DNA from: Gracilinanus agilis
Taxonomy: Eukaryota
NCBI RefSeq assembly: GCF_016433145.1
Contig: NC_058132.1
Span: forward strand, 642,954,413 to 643,018,412
DNA length: 64,000 bases
Reading direction: 5' to 3'
In this document: piece after piece, positions 37,001 to 51,637 of the stretch
Layout: every line of letters starts with the position of its first letter
How positions within the stretch are numbered: position 1 is the first letter of the stretch
Translations under genes and position numbers: made by a program
The notes under the pieces: generated by a model
What the model was told of the DNA's origin: nothing
Database searches by the model: none
What the model saw: only the letters and a program-made list of their open reading frames with translations

Positions 37001-40000
37001 CTGTCTTTTGGAAACACTGGCATTTGACACTTCATCATCTCCTCATGACTTGTATCCCAGGAGTCCATGTTTGAGGGGGAAATAGCTGTTTTCTTTTAGA
37101 GAAGACAGCCAAGAAATTAGTGGTCCCCTTTGATTCTTAAAATGAACAACTCCCTGAATGGTGTATTAATGCTGTCCTATGGCCCAATGACTAACTCATT
37201 TCCCCCCCCTAGAAGTCCCACAGTACTGTTGAGTTGACAAAAATGAATAAGAGGGAGTGTAGAGGTAAGTGTAGGAATAGTGGCCCAACCTCTCAAACTG
37301 GCTAGAGGTGAGGGAATACCTAAGTGGCATGCTTATCTTACATGTCCAGTGGGGGAGATTTCCCCAGGAAAATGCCAGAATTCCGAATGAAATGGTAGGA
37401 GTGTGTGTGTAGGTATAAATATGTTATCCTACATACATACAAATGTGTAAATCTATCTAGATATACACCTACATACATATATACAAGGTATGCATGTATT
37501 TTCCCATTAACCAAGCATGGGATGTACTTTGTCAGGGATTCTTTTGGAGATATAGTCTGGATTAGATGACTTCTAAGGACTCTTCGGACTTGGAAATTCT
37601 GTGATTCGATATGAGGCTAGCTCTATCTAGGGAAAAACTAAATAGATATAAGGTACAATCAACACCATCACCTTTTTCTTTATCCAAGGGATTTTCTTTC
37701 CTTTTAGATTCTGAGGAAGAATCAAAGATTCATTATAGCATCTCTTCCCTTTTCATGGTGTAAGATGTCTCTACCGAGTGACAGATCACAATTATTCCTT
37801 CTAGCTCCCTAAACGTTGTGATCCACAATCCAAGCTTTAAATATACCAAGGAAGGGAGCCTAAATTAGAACCCATTTCATAAAGTTTCAGTGGTCTCATT
37901 TGTTTAGGCACACCCTCTTTTCCACTCAGACAAATCTTGTTTATCTGAAAAGAATTCTGTGCCCTTCAAGCTTTCCTAGGTAAGTCTGCTTTGGATAGCA
38001 ATCTTCCTGTGCCATGTTTTGTTGTCAAGCAGTCTTTGACATAGATTATTGAGAACACAGTCAAAGAGGTATAGAAGAAGCCAGACACTTATGAATGGAA
38101 CCAAATGTTCATAATCTGATCTCTGAAAGGGGAAAGATGTTTTCTAAATGGCTTGAACTCTGAGTCAAGGTATGGCCCACAAATGGGCTTCTCCCTCTGA
38201 TGAAACATTGGGGTCCAAAATTCCCACTATTAGATGTCTGATTCATGACTCCAAGTCCCCAAATCAGGAACATTAAATGCATTTTGATTTGACGTTTGTC
38301 ATCAATAGTTCTTTCTCCTCAGCGACCCACTGGAGGGTTAAACTGGTATTTTGCATGGATTTCATCATCTCTTTTCTATAAGAGTACATTCTATTCTACA
38401 AATTATGTTTCTATTGTAAGTTCGTGTTGTCTTTGTTGCAACTCCCATGATCCCTCGATTCTTTTTATCCCTCAGAAATCCCATCAAGCAATAGAGGATT
38501 AAAACTTTGAAGTTTTAATGAAGTTGATCTTCTTGAAGGGAATTAGAAGACCAATTTGCCAAAATGCTAACAGCTTTCTTGTTTGGGGGAAGGGCAAACT
38601 GAACTTGAAGAAAGAACTTCGGGAGCCAAACCATGACTTACAAAATCAAAAACTCCTTAATCTAGTGATGTGCAGTCATCGTAGCTCTCCTTGACGTGGA
38701 CATCAAATATCCCTTGTTTTAGGATGTTCCTCAAAAGTTATTTGACTTCCTATAGAGGTTTCACTGAAAACGATTGTACTCTCTCACCCTTTCTTTCCTT
38801 GTAGTTTTAATTGACTTTGTGGGCATGATTCTAGGCCCTATAGGCAGGGTGTCTTTGAGCTACCCTGGTGAAGGGCCCATCCCCAAGCAGGGTACTGCTG
38901 TCGGGGCAGCCTAATGTAATTCAAAAACAAAGCAGCACCTCAACAGAGACCTGTTGAGGTTCTAGTATCCTCCTGGCCACACTTCAGTAAAGCTGTGGAG
39001 CCATTATGAAATCAATACTTTCCCTTTTACTGGGGAAGCTGAGAATCTATTCCCCCTTGGCTACTTGTTCTTCTGGTGATGTTTGCAATGAAATCATCCC
39101 CATCTCCATTGTCACCACTCCCCTGGGGGCTGTTTCCGGTCTCTCAGTATGAATATAAGCTCCTTGAGGGCAGGAGCTATTTTATTTGTGTATCTGAATC
39201 CTCATTGCTGATGCCTGTGCTTGGTACTCAGCAAGGGCTTAAGAAATCTTTAAAAGTTCATTCATTCCTACGTGTGTATAATACATTTGGGTTTCTGAAA
39301 TAAAGTGGTTTTCAGTCATGCCAGGAAATTCGATCCTTGGTCCCAGAGAGTAGAAGAGATCAGGAGCATGTGATGGTTTCCTGCAGGTGGTTGAAAGGAT
39401 GCTGTGTCCATTAGATGAAGTTGGTGTGACCCCAGGAGTTGGGTGCACGACTATGTTACTGTATATGTGCAAGGATTGGTGTCGGGTGCATTTTTGCAGA
39501 ACAAGGAATGGCACAATCAGGAGATCCTGAAGAGAAGCAGATGGAGGGGTTTGGTGCGGGGGAGAGGGAAGCCATTTGAAGGCACCAGAAATGACGTGGC
39601 TTGCCTCATTAATCAGGGAGTCTCCCTTTGCGCTAGGTGACCTGGGAGATGCCTCTGATCCCTGATTCTGTGACTCTCCATTTGCTATTCAAAATAGGGG
39701 GCTGGCTCTGAACTCCAAAGACCCTGAATCGCTCCCTGGGTGTAAAAGAGACTACAGATTCTGAAAAACTCACCTCCAATGGGAGCAGACAGCTGGGGAG
39801 AGGATCTGCTTTTAAACTTCCTGAGAGATACCAAGGCCCATCCCAGCAACCCTGCTGCAGAATGCAGCACTGATGGGGCGGGGGAGGGAGGGGTAAATGA
39901 GCACACAGAGAAGGCATGTGAGATCACAAGGTCAGCCAAATAGGCAATCTCTGGGGCCCTGTGTTGTTATGTGTGTACTCCAGATCCAGTGTTCCAGGCA

Positions 40001-42277
40001 GGTATCTCCCTCCCTAGATGCAGAGCACCCCAGAGACTTTGCAGGGAGGAGAAGGGACGCTTGGGAACCCTGGGTCCAGGGAGGTACCCTTTCTTCAGCT
40101 CAGTGTAAACAACTTCTTCAGATGTTTTGAAAGAGGGAGAGAAGAGTGCCAAGTTCAGAGAACTCAGTTCTTGAAGGGGGCAGTTTGATTCACTCAGTCT
40201 TTGACAGAGAGCTCTGTTGGCAGACAGTAAGAGGCCCTGCAGAAGACTTGCATGACTTTACCTGAACAGGTGCCCTTAGTAGAGGGAGGACTAATAGGTG
40301 GCCGGGGGTTCAGTTTAAATTCTGAGTCCTCCAAAAGACCAACTCCAAACATTCGAAAGGTCTCCAGACTTTTATTAACTTCAAGATAAAGAACAGATTT
40401 CTCCAGGAGTTGGCTTTTTTTTTTTATGGGTCCTATTATGCAGAGTTAATGCAAAGATTGGAAAAGGTGAATGTGGGCAGGCTCTTGGTCTGCAATATTA
40501 GGAGATGTGAGATTTTTTTTTAGGCCTTCATTGCCATAGTAGACATTTGGGCATATGAGAACCTTTCCTTCTGATAAGATCCAGCCTGAATCTCATTGGG
40601 TTGTGACCTCCTACTAAGGATAGGCACTGAGGGGCAGGGGAAATGAAGTCTTTAATCCAGCTGATTGTCATTCTTATGCTTGGATGTGATTTCGCTATTT
40701 TGTGGGATCAGATCTCTGCCTCTTAGGGTTCTGTCTTCCTTCAAAAGGCCAGTCAAGCAGTGCCTTTTCTGATTCCCCCCTCACTAAAGCCATCACCTAC
40801 TTTCTATTTCCCTGCTGCACTATTATTTCTATTAATTCCCTTTATGTAGTTTTTCATGACTGTAATTACAGATGTACCACTTACATCCTCCATTAGAATG
40901 GAAATTCCTTTCAGATAAGAGTTCCTTCACCTTGTCTTTGTAATCCTGGTGCCTAGCACAGAACCTGGCTTATAGATCATCAATCAATAATCAATCAACC
41001 TTTATTAAGCACCTACTATTTGCCAGGCACTGCGCTAAGCAGTGGGGATTAAAATGGGACAAAAGATAGTCTCTGCCTTCCAGGAGCTTACTGCCTAACA
41101 AGGGAAGCAACACACAATCAAATGCTTGTTGACTGAGCAAAGTTGAGGAAGTGAAATTTCAATGAAATTGAACCCCAATTTCAATACTTAAGTTTTGTGC
41201 CTCTCATTCCCTAGAATCTCTGGGAAATAGAAGAAAGAGCCCCTGGCTTGAGGGGTGAGCCAGGTCAGGATCCTGTTAACCATGAATATCCCCCAATGTT
41301 TATTCTCAAGGCAGCAAAAGCAGCATCTCTAGGAAGCCCAGAACTTCCCCTTCTTGAAGAGATGGTCCCAGAGGTGAGAGAGTTCAAGTAGGATCTGAGA
41401 CTGCCTCGGAGGGATCTGAATCCAATGACCAAGAACATGATTCAGGCTTTTGCCCCATCTTTGCCTTGTTGATTATGACAATCAACTGACAAACGAGGAG
41501 ATTTCTTCTTTATGATTTCAGTCAGATTCAGCTTGTCCTTTCCATCCCCATGGGAGCTAAGAGCTGGAAGGGATGGTGAAAGAAGGGCACACAAACCTGC
41601 TCCACTCTTCACATCATAGCAATCAAGGATAAAAGCTGCCTTTCTAGTTGACAATCCTACCAATCCTGATTTTTCTCTCCATTTATAGTGGGTGGTAATC
41701 AATACATCTTTGCTTCAAGTATTCCATGCAATTTCTTTTAACCTCTTGGTTCCATTTCTGCCTGTACCTCACCTTTCCTAAATGAATGCTGAGTTCTCAT
41801 AGAGCTTCAAATCACTGTATGTGTTCCTGGTTTCCGAGACTTTACCCCAGCTCTGACCTCATTTTCCTCCCTATAATGTACTCACCTTCAGAGTTAGCCA
41901 GTTCAATTTAAACATTAGTCCTTAGCCTTGATTTCCTTGTTCATTTCTCCTATTGCTGCCCACTTCTTTGCTGATACCAGTCATGGATTATACCCCCTAT
42001 CTATCTCCTCTGTTCTTTAATGAATGATCCTGAAATTCAATGGAGAGTCACAATAACCATGATGATTGAGTGCACTCTCAATGTGTTATATCATCTCCAC
42101 TGGGCCCCTATACCAATCTTGTCATTTTCTTGGAATTATTTATTGCTTTTTTTAAAATCACCTTAATTTCACATACTCCCATGCCCTCCTTGTCCCTTTT
42201 GTAACAAAGAAGAAAGAAAAGGATGATGGAGAGAGACTGTGTCAGAAAGAGGAAGATAAAGAGAGACAACAACAGTA

Positions 42278-42303
42278 AGAGAGAGAGAGAGAGAGAGAGA
42301 GAG
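42278..42303. repeat. (AG)n microsatellite in a GA-rich tract
   Basis: Seen directly. Confidence 0.95.
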
Positions 42304-42389
42304 GCTGACCCAGAGACAGACACAGAGAGATAGAGACACAAAGAAACACAGAGACAGAAAATACTTTAGTAAAGTTAGCCAACTCATCA

Positions 42390-42870
42390 ACCAAATATGA
42401 AAGTACATTTGATAATTCCCACCCATAACCTGTTGCTTCCACAAAGAAGGGAAAGTTCATTGTCTTGCTTCAGAGAACAAGTTTGGTCATCATAATTAGA
42501 TGGTATTCAGTTTGTTTTGTTTTTTCTATTTATGTTGTTGTAATTTTGTATGTATATTATTTTTTTCCTGACTCTGCTTAGTTTCTTATGCATCAGTTAA
42601 TTTAAGTCTTCTCATGTTTCTCTGAATCATTCTTATAAGAACAAGAAAAAAAATATCTTTATGTTTTCTTGTCGCACAACAATATTCTATGATATTCATG
42701 CATAATGATTTGTTTACCAAATCCCCAATTGATGAGTATTTACTTTTTTCTACTCAATGGGTTCACCAGAATGCTACTATGAATATTCTGGGCTAAGTAG
42801 AACCTTTCTTACTATCATTCTATTCCTTAGAGTATACAATGGGAATTTTTCAATAAAGGAAATAGTCACA
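42390..42870 (-). mobile_element. Old marsupial L1 3' fragment
   Basis: Motifs like those at 55480-56170 (CATAATGATTTGTTTACCAAATCCCCAATTGATGAG). Confidence 0.6.
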
Positions 42871-43559
42871 TTTTATGTTTAATTCTAAATTATTTTCTAC
42901 TTTCTAGCTCTATCAGTACCATATAATTATAACTATCTCTCTGAATTCTCTCCACCATAGGCTAAGTGAATTCATTTCCTCAAGGATAGGCAGTACAGGG
43001 TCCAGAGGTTTGCTGGGAAGAGGGCCATTATAGGCAACACAGTGGCTGGCAGACATTACAGGCAGGCTGCTATATCATTCATAGGATATGGTCTTGTCTT
43101 GGGCTTCTGGCGACAACAGATCATTTTTAAAAACCAGAACCTCTTCTTTTATCAGTTCTAACTAGCACTTAGTTTATCAGTTCACAGGGAGCTCCCTGTG
43201 AGTTACCTTCTCTTCTGAAATAGAATGCCCTATGCAACTTATGTTCTTAGTGAGTCATCGGGGAAAGTGAGAGGGTAAATGAGTTGCCATTGGTCACATG
43301 GCAATATGTGTCAGAGGTGAGACTTGGTACAATTCTATCTGGCTCATAGGCCACCTCTTCATTCATAATATTTCATGGCCTCTCCATAGAGTCCTGATGG
43401 CAGCCCACAAGTCCCACTCACCTATCAATTCATTCAGTGTCCTAGTGCATTGTTCACATGGGCCCTGACATTTGGTGAGGATACTTTAATAGTTTCCAGT
43501 ACTTACCTCCTAATCAAGTTGAGGTTAATTTTAATTCAACCTATTTCAAATTGGCTTTT

Positions 43560-44860
43560 GCCCTCATTGATTGATTGTAACTATTGAGTTTTCCATTGAC
43601 CTCACTTTCCAAATCCAATAGCCAATTCTCAGAACCCATCTTTTTTGACCTTTGCAACATTTCGCATCATCAGGCCATCATCCCTTTTTACACATCTCTT
43701 CTTCTTTGGTTTTCATTACCCTTTTCCAATTTTTCTATTCCTTGTCTGGTGACTCAGAAATTATCCATGTTCCTAGCACTTTTTACCAGTGTTGCTTAGA
43801 GTTTTCATGCTCATCCCTCCTCTGATCTCTATGTTCTTTTTCAGTGATTTAATCTTCTCCTATGAGTTTGGCTATCATTTTTGTGAAGCTGGCTTCCAGG
43901 TATACTTCCAAGTACATCTCTTGGGCCAGTCTAACATCACCAAATTCCATTTGGACTTTTCCAACCGAATGTTCTATAGACCTTTTATTCTCAATTTGTA
44001 TAATATGGAATTTTTATGCCAAAACCACCTCATTTTTGTCTTCTCTAGTGCTTTTCAGGGTACTGACATCCAATCAAAAGAAACAATAGTTTTAGATTCC
44101 TTCACTCTTCCTTCATTCTCATATTTTATCTGTTGCCAAATCTTGTAAATTCAAGCTCTATTGAATTTCTCTTCTCTCTTGCCTTCTCTTCACTTTATGA
44201 CCCTCAACCTAGTTCTGATTCATATCACCTGTCATCTGGGCTATTAAAATTCACTTCAATCAGGTTCCCTTCCTCTGGGCTTTTCTTCCTCTGATCCATC
44301 CTCCCCTCAGCTGTCAAACTGATCTTGCATAAGTTCAGGTCAGCTCATGACATGGCCTTCCTAAAAAAACATCCTTCTTCCCTCTAGGATAAAAGATAAA
44401 GTTAATTCTGGTTATAGAAGCCCTCCATACACTGGATCCATTACTAGGCTTAGGCATAGTCGTCTTCTTTGTCACTCTACAATTCTCCCAGAATGTTGAC
44501 TAGCTTTTCTCTGTATATGACATGTTATTTCCTGTCTCCAAGTCTTTAATGTACTATTCCTCATCCTCTTCTCTTCTCATTCGTATCCACACTTCACTTT
44601 GTGCTTACCTTCTTTCATGGCTCAGTCACTTACTCTGTGAAGTCCATCTATTCTTCACCAGTTGCTAGTTCCGTCTCCCATCCCAAAAATCTATTCATAT
44701 CTATTCTGAGATTACATTTGTATTTTCTCCTTTCGTACATGCAGTCTTCTTCTGATTAGATGTAACCTCTTTGAGAGGAGGGAATGTTTAGATTTTGTCT
44801 TTTTATACTACTAGCTGTCGCAAATAATAGACAATTAATAAGTAAACAGTGAATGAATGA
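43560..44860 (+). mobile_element. Long degraded L2 LINE 3' portion
   Basis: Pyrimidine-rich L2 ORF2 sequence; ORF 43789-44148 has decayed GYH(L)YADD-like and HLDFS segments; ends in an L2 tail with TGAA repeats. Confidence 0.7.
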
Positions 44861-47800
44861 ACCTAAATGAAGAATGCTATATTCCTTAAAGGACTAAAAA
44901 TTATACCATGAGGAATGTATTGTGGACTTGCTGAAACCTGAAGTTAAAAGGGAGTTTGGAAAAGGATGAAAAAGATGGAAAAGGAGAAGCTGATTAGATT
45001 TTACCTTTATTTTGGTTTTGTTTTCAAGAAACTCTATTTCTGATAGTGATATAATGATGGAAACTTTTCACCTCCGGGTTGTCAACTTCAAAGATATTAC
45101 TGGTCACAACTGCTACCTGGAATACCACAAGTAGCCTGAATTAAATAATACCCACTATTATTGAGCAACAGGGACAAAAGTCATATGATTCCCCAAAGGA
45201 AGGATCCTAAGGGGGAAAAAAAGCTGGCAGCCAAACCAGATTCTCCTTGGTCATGTACAGGCAGGTCAGGTGCACACTGGGAATAAAGAAAGCAGAAGAC
45301 TGCAGGACCTGTAGTTATCAACACATCCTCTCCTCTCCTCCATATTCCTACCTGTACTGCATTCCTGATGTGGCTAAAACAAGCAGCCCATTGTAAGGGG
45401 AACAAATGGGAACTGGATTAGGGAGAAAGAAAACTGTGCTAGTAGTTCTGAATCTGGGAATTTGGTAGAATGCTGGTTTTCCTTCCATTGATCGTCCATG
45501 ATCCAATCAGTAGCAGTTGGAGATGATCAGTTACCCTTGGAGGGCCAGGTGAGGTGCACTATCTTGGGCTGCAGCCCTTTCAACAGTCTCCTGTGTTGGT
45601 GTTCGCTGCAGTTTTTCTCAGGAAGTGAGTTGGCATCCAGTCCATTACCATGCCACCTCCCACAGGCTGCAGCTCAAGTTTCCTGAGCAGCCTACCTCCT
45701 CCTTCTCCTCCGCCCTCTTCCCATGCTAAAAGCAAAAATAAGAGGAAATTTGCTTAGAGAAGGAATTGATCCTCGGGCTTCTCAAAATGCTTCCCCTTCA
45801 TGGTGTCCTGAATGAAGCCCTTGGTAAAGTGAGTTTTGGCTCAGATGGGAATTTGTTTTCATGACAGCCTGTTTGATGGAGAACCCATTTTTCAGAATTA
45901 AAATCTGGCTAATGAAGAACAAAGTCACTTTGTCCCATTCATTTCCTTTCTCTCAGGTGTCTTTAACATGTGCCAGATACATCACTGACTCAAAGAGTTT
46001 CTGAGGACCTCAGGGACAATCAGAGTCCCCCCTACCCATGACATCCAAAGTCTTCGTTTGAGGATGTCTGTGCATACGTGCTGGGCTTTCTCCCTATCTT
46101 TGAAGGTAGTCCTTTCAGCTTTTGGTAGGAAGGGTTTGGATTTAGGTTGGGTTTTGCTTCATCCTTTGGCCATTTTACATTTCATGAAACCTAAGTCTGT
46201 TTCTTTGTAGTTTCCAGAAAAGTCTCCTTGTTCTACCCTTTGGGATCAAGAAGAACAAATAGGATTCCTCTCCCACAGGAAAGTCCTTCAAGTGTTGAAG
46301 ACAGCTTCCATTCCCCCCTCCCCCAACATCCTCTTCTGTGTTGCTCTCAAGTCCTCACCTGCACCCCACTCCATCTGATTACTTCCCCCTGAGTGGGTTC
46401 CAGCTTACTGAAATGGATACACTGAACTGGATTGCAATTTCTTCAGCGCAAACAAGTCTCCGTGTAGGAAGTCCATATACCAACACAGATTCTAAATCAG
46501 GGTTCTGGGCACATTCTTACAGATTTGACTGAGACACAGAGATGGCAAAGGGCTTCCCAGGGTTCCAAAGCTTGGAAGGGTCAGAGGGAAAATTTGAATT
46601 CAGGTCTGCCTGACACTAGCTGCTAGGACATGCTTGTTATTGTTGTTCTTAAAATACTCCACACAGAACAGAACACCATATTCCAAATGCAGTCTAGCCA
46701 GGGGAGGTCGAAGTGGACATGGAATTTCCAGTTGGCCACACCACGACTATTTATTTAGCTAAGTTGCCATTAGGGTCCCCCCCCCCACCGCCGCCTGCTT
46801 GAGTCTTATTGAGTTGATGAGCACCTAAAGTCCACAGATTTTTTCCTTCAAACGACCTGCTGCCTAACCTCAGCTCCCTCATCTTGTACTTGTGAAATGA
46901 ATGCTTTTAGAATGTGTCAGATTTTACATTTATTTTCATGCCCTTCTTTTTTTTGCCGGAGTAGCCAAATTCAGTAGAAAGGAGGATTCCTCCTTGATAA
47001 GAAGCCTCTCAAATACTTCTGGGCACTCCAGGAATCCCAGCTAAGCCGATCTATTCGATCTCTCCTTTGGATGCCTGGTACTGACCCAAAGAATAATGGC
47101 TTTAAAGCTCCCTAAAGCTTCTACTGTAGATGTCACACTGGGCTGGGCTATGCCTCAGGACCAGTGGACCAGTGGCCCCTTTCTACTTTGGGCAGAGTGA
47201 TAAGGAGGGAGAAACAAGTGCCAGGTAAAAGAACTGGCAATCTGACATTTGTATGGGAATTTAACAACAAAGATAATCTAGAGATCATCTGGGCTGATAG
47301 TGTCAAACTTAAAAAGAAATAGATCCCTGCCAGCTACATCTTGATTTAGAAAACCACAAGCTAACATTATCTAGGTTGTGTTGTAAATCCCAAATCCAAT
47401 AAACAAATATTGATTAAGTACCTACCAGACAGTCCCTGCTCCCCAGGACTTACAACATAATGGGGAGGGGCAACACACAAAAGAAAGAAGGAAACATGGA
47501 GGGGGCAGGACACCAGTGGGCACTCTGAATGAGGATATATTATGAAATCAGGAAAGGTAGTTGCTATGAAGTAAAGACAGCTGAGAGTCAGGTTTCTTCC
47601 ATCTACTGAGAAAGGCAATGGGAGGAATTTGCTACTCTGACCTCTAGCATTCCAATCAGAGGGAAGAGGAGGCCAAGGGACATAAAGCCAATCAGTGCTT
47701 GAGTCATCAATATGGTGGTGCATTTACAATTGATGTGCTTATTCTGAGAGTGGCAACTTGTTCCATGGAGCTCTGTCCAGGGCAACAGATGCAAAATGAA

Positions 47801-49729
47801 GGGAGATCTAAGAGTTCAGTTTCTATCCTCTCTAAAAGAAGCTGGATATCTATCTGTTCCTATACAGAGACAAAGATAGAGATGGAGATTAATATGGAGA
47901 TATAGATCAATATGGGGATGCAATTTATATTCATCTGTTCTGTTAAAGATTTCCCAATTATATTTGATTCTGGTTTCAGCTATATGTACTCAGGAGTATC
48001 CCAGTCCAATGAACTGACCCTTCCTTTTAAAGCCAAACCTCTTATTTTTACAGACAAGGGAAGTGTAACCTAGAGGGAAAATTCCAAAACAGAGGTCCTG
48101 AGCATTGCCTAGATTACAACCCCTGGCTCCATTGTGTGTGTTTGTGTTTGTGTGTATTTGATCCACCAGCATTTAGCCTTCTGACATTCAGTAGGCATTG
48201 TTCCAAGTGTTAAGGATACAGAGTAAAAAATCCACAACAAATAAACAGGTCTTGCCCCAAAGGAAGGTCTATCTTAATCTACCAAAATTGTTTTTTTAAT
48301 CCAGAAGAACTCTAGGAAATAAGCACCAGAGGTATGCTTATTCCCATTTTTACAGATGAGGAAACTGAGCCTTAGAGACAAGAAGTCCCTTTCCACTGTC
48401 ATTCATAGAGATGGAATGGGATTCCAGGTTGCTCCTAAAACCAAGTCTTTCCTCCCCCCATACTTCCTCTCCAGCATTGGCATTCCACTGACATAAAGCC
48501 ATATTTGATTTTCTAAAAGGAGAAATACATATTTTTGCAGGGTTAGCTCAAATGCATTACAGTCCTGGTGCATTTAGATACTCTCCAGTTAAATCCAACT
48601 ACCTATTCTGTGCCAGATACTCTTCCTAGCTAGAGGGAAGAGAATATTGAAATCATTGTAACTAAACCTGACTGCTCTTGTCCCTTCCTGACAAACAGGC
48701 ACTCTAGAAGATTGATTGAACTCCCATTCTCCTTTCTTTGTTTCAGTTGTGCTACTGGGCCCAATCAGCCAATTTCAACATTGAAGTGACTATTTTTAAT
48801 TAAAAGACCCTAGAATCCCTCAATTTCCTTTTTTAAAAAAATCATGGCAGTGAAGGTAGATGAAAAACTACTTTGCTTCTTTCATGTTCAGTTAAGTTCC
48901 TCGGTGTTTGGCCACCAACTATTCTGGGCGATGCACTTGGCTGGTATTCATAGCCTTCCATAAACCCAAGCCGCTTTCCTCCATTATCATCAACTCAACA
49001 TTGTTGAGTCCCTATTTTGTATAGCTAGCGTGCTGTACAAAGGCTTGCCAGCTGAATGGATCAGCACAGCCAGGAACAGAACATGTTGACCCTCAAGGGG
49101 TTTGGTTCCTGGAAACTAATATCGTTGAGCCCCTCAGTTTGGAACAAAAAGTGAAAGGGTCATTAATGCATATTAATAGGATTCATACTTCTAAGCTGTC
49201 AGCTGGGATTTTTTCCCTCATATATCATCCAGCATCTGTGACAAGCCACAAATCTCCATGAAGAACAGACCTATTCATTCCTATGCCACACCCCAAAGAG
49301 ATCCCCATTCTGAAAATGGCAGCTGTGGTGAAAAACTGTCAATAGACAGTAACACCTTCACCCCCATTCTCTACTTCCCCAGGAACCAGCAGAGAGGTCA
49401 GTGCTTCGGGCAGAAATAGAAGGGCCGGGCCCTCAAGGCACTCATGGTCAGTCTTGACATGGGGATTGCTCGTGGAGGCTATCCAATGCCATCAGCTGTT
49501 GCGAAGTTGCAAAGGAATGGATGAGTAACAGTGTTGTTTCCTGTGCAGAAGCATTAAATATTGAAGGGAATACAATAACATTTGGGGCCAATGAAACTGC
49601 CTTCATTTAAGAAAATATATAGCTAGCTCTTAATTAGTTCATTTGTCTTCAGTTTATCTTTCTAAGGCTGTTGTCAGCACCTATTTCACTTAAGGCTTGG
49701 CTTAGGAGATAAAATAAATAACTCAGTCA

Positions 49730-51230
49730 CTTAGGAAGTCAACAACCATCTTTTAGGCATTTACTAGATGTCAGATCCTGGCCTAAGCATTAAGGCTATA
49801 GGGAAAAGCCAAATCATCCTTGGCCTCAAGGAGCTTACATTCTAATGGAGATGAGGAGAAAGCTGTATTAAAAAAATGTCAAGTAAATGGGAGACAGTCC
49901 TCAAGGGGTCAGGATCAGGGGAGAGACCACCTGCCAATGAATTTGTAGAAGCAGTTTTGAAGCACAATACCCAGATGTCAAGGTAAAATGGAGAGCAAGA
50001 AGGTCAGGAGACACAACCAGTGGGAATCCATAGAGTTGGGAGATGGTGTGTGAGGCTAAGGTAACTGAACTGCCAATGTCATGGGGGCTTGGGGGGACTA
50101 AGATGTTTGGGTACCATATTACAAAGGGCCTGAAAAGCCAAACAAAAACTTTCTGTTTTGCCCTGGCAGCAGGAGGCAGGTACTAAAGATTTTGAGTGTA
50201 TGAGGAGGAAGGGTTACATCTATAGACATGGAAATTTAAGTAAATCTATGTGGCAACTGAATGGAGAATGGATTGAAGCTGGGAGAAGACTTGAGGCAGG
50301 AAGATCATCTAGGCTGTCCCCAGTGCCTGGAATGTTCTCCCTTTTCATCTCTGCCCACTGGTTTCCCTAGCTTCTTTCAAGTCTTAGCTAAAATCTCATG
50401 TTCTGCAGGAAGCCTTCCCTGATCCCTTTTCATTCTCATGCCTTTACGTAAGTTGATGACTTCTTGTTTATCCTGTGTTGTTGTATGTATTCCTACAAAC
50501 TTGTCTCCCCCATTAGATTGTGAGTTCTTTGAAGTCAATATCTTTTGTCTCTTTTTGAATTCCCAGAGATTAGTACAGTGTCTGACACATAGTAGGTGAT
50601 TAATGTTCATTGACTGACAAATAGATGTTCATTGACTGACAAACAAGATAATTAAAAATGGATGGTGAAAAACTCTAGACCACTTTATGAAAGGAGATAT
50701 GGGAGGATATTGTGAGGGTAGGAAAGATTTGGTGACAGACTAGAAGGATGATGTGATTTCTAGTGAGGGGTTGGGAATCACTGAGTCACTATGAAAATGG
50801 TTTTGCTCTTCAGACTAAAGAGGAAGTGTGTAAGACAGAAAGCTTTGTAGAGAAGAATAATGAGTTTTGGCCATGTTGATTTTGAGATATCTCCTGAGGG
50901 ACATTCAGTTTGAGATGTCCAAAAAGTAATGAGGAAAATGGGACAGGAGCTCAGCAAGGAATCTAGAAATGCATATATCCATCTAAGAATTATGGGCTGA
51001 AAATAATTGAATACATGAGAGATGGTAAAATCACCCAGTTAGACTGTATAGAGGGAAAAAGGACAGAGGTAGCAGGAAGTTTGAGCTTTGAAACCAAAAT
51101 ACAGTGACTTTGCATTAAATGGAATATCTATAAGGAGGCAGTTGAGCAGGACAGGTTGGTTTATTCCTATAATGAAAGGCTCCTCAGTCTCACTTTTTAG
51201 GGTGAAATATAGGCTAAGACAATAAACCAA
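49730..51230. mobile_element. Cluster of L2 fragments in both orientations
   Basis: Minus-strand L2 at ~49730-50330 and ~50820-51230; plus-strand L2 3' end at ~50330-50640 (TTAGTACAGTGTCTGACACATAGTAGG). Confidence 0.6.
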
Positions 51231-51506
51231 AAAGCAATTTATCTGGGGTCCAGTTCCACTTATGCTTGTGAGTTTCGTCTAGGTGATTGGGGGCATTTGT
51301 CTGGAATTTCCTGAACCTCAGTTTCCTTAACTATTAAATGAGGAGATTGGACTAGTTATCTATAGGTTCCCTCCTGGATCTAAATTCTGACTTTTTTTTA
51401 AGTCAGCAGTATATACATCTTAAAAAAAAAAACAAACAACAACAAAAAACCTTCTATGAAGTGAGCCATAGAGAGATGCAGGCAAATTGGACCTACTGAT
51501 CAAATC

Positions 51507-51637
51507 NNNNNNNNNNNNNNNNNNNNNNNNNNNNNNNNNNNNNNNNNNNNNNNNNNNNNNNNNNNNNNNNNNNNNNNNNNNNNNNNNNNNNNNNNNNNNN
51601 NNNNNNNNNNNNNNNNNNNNNNNNNNNNNNNNNNNNN
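51507..51637. other. Assembly gap (131 N)
   Basis: Run of N; right flank is a pyrimidine-rich tract. Confidence 0.99.

Noticed and set aside
38937-38960. 10-bp hairpin ACCTCAACAG-AGAC-CTGTTGAGGT
   Set aside because: Roughly 0.3 such hairpins are expected by chance per window; a bacterial terminator reading is irrelevant in a mammal.
49988-50008. ATG GAG AGC AAG AAG|GTCAGG, which spells MESK like the FGF12B first exon
   Set aside because: The donor is phase 0 rather than phase 1, it lies downstream of exon 1a, and it sits inside a decayed L2; coincidence.
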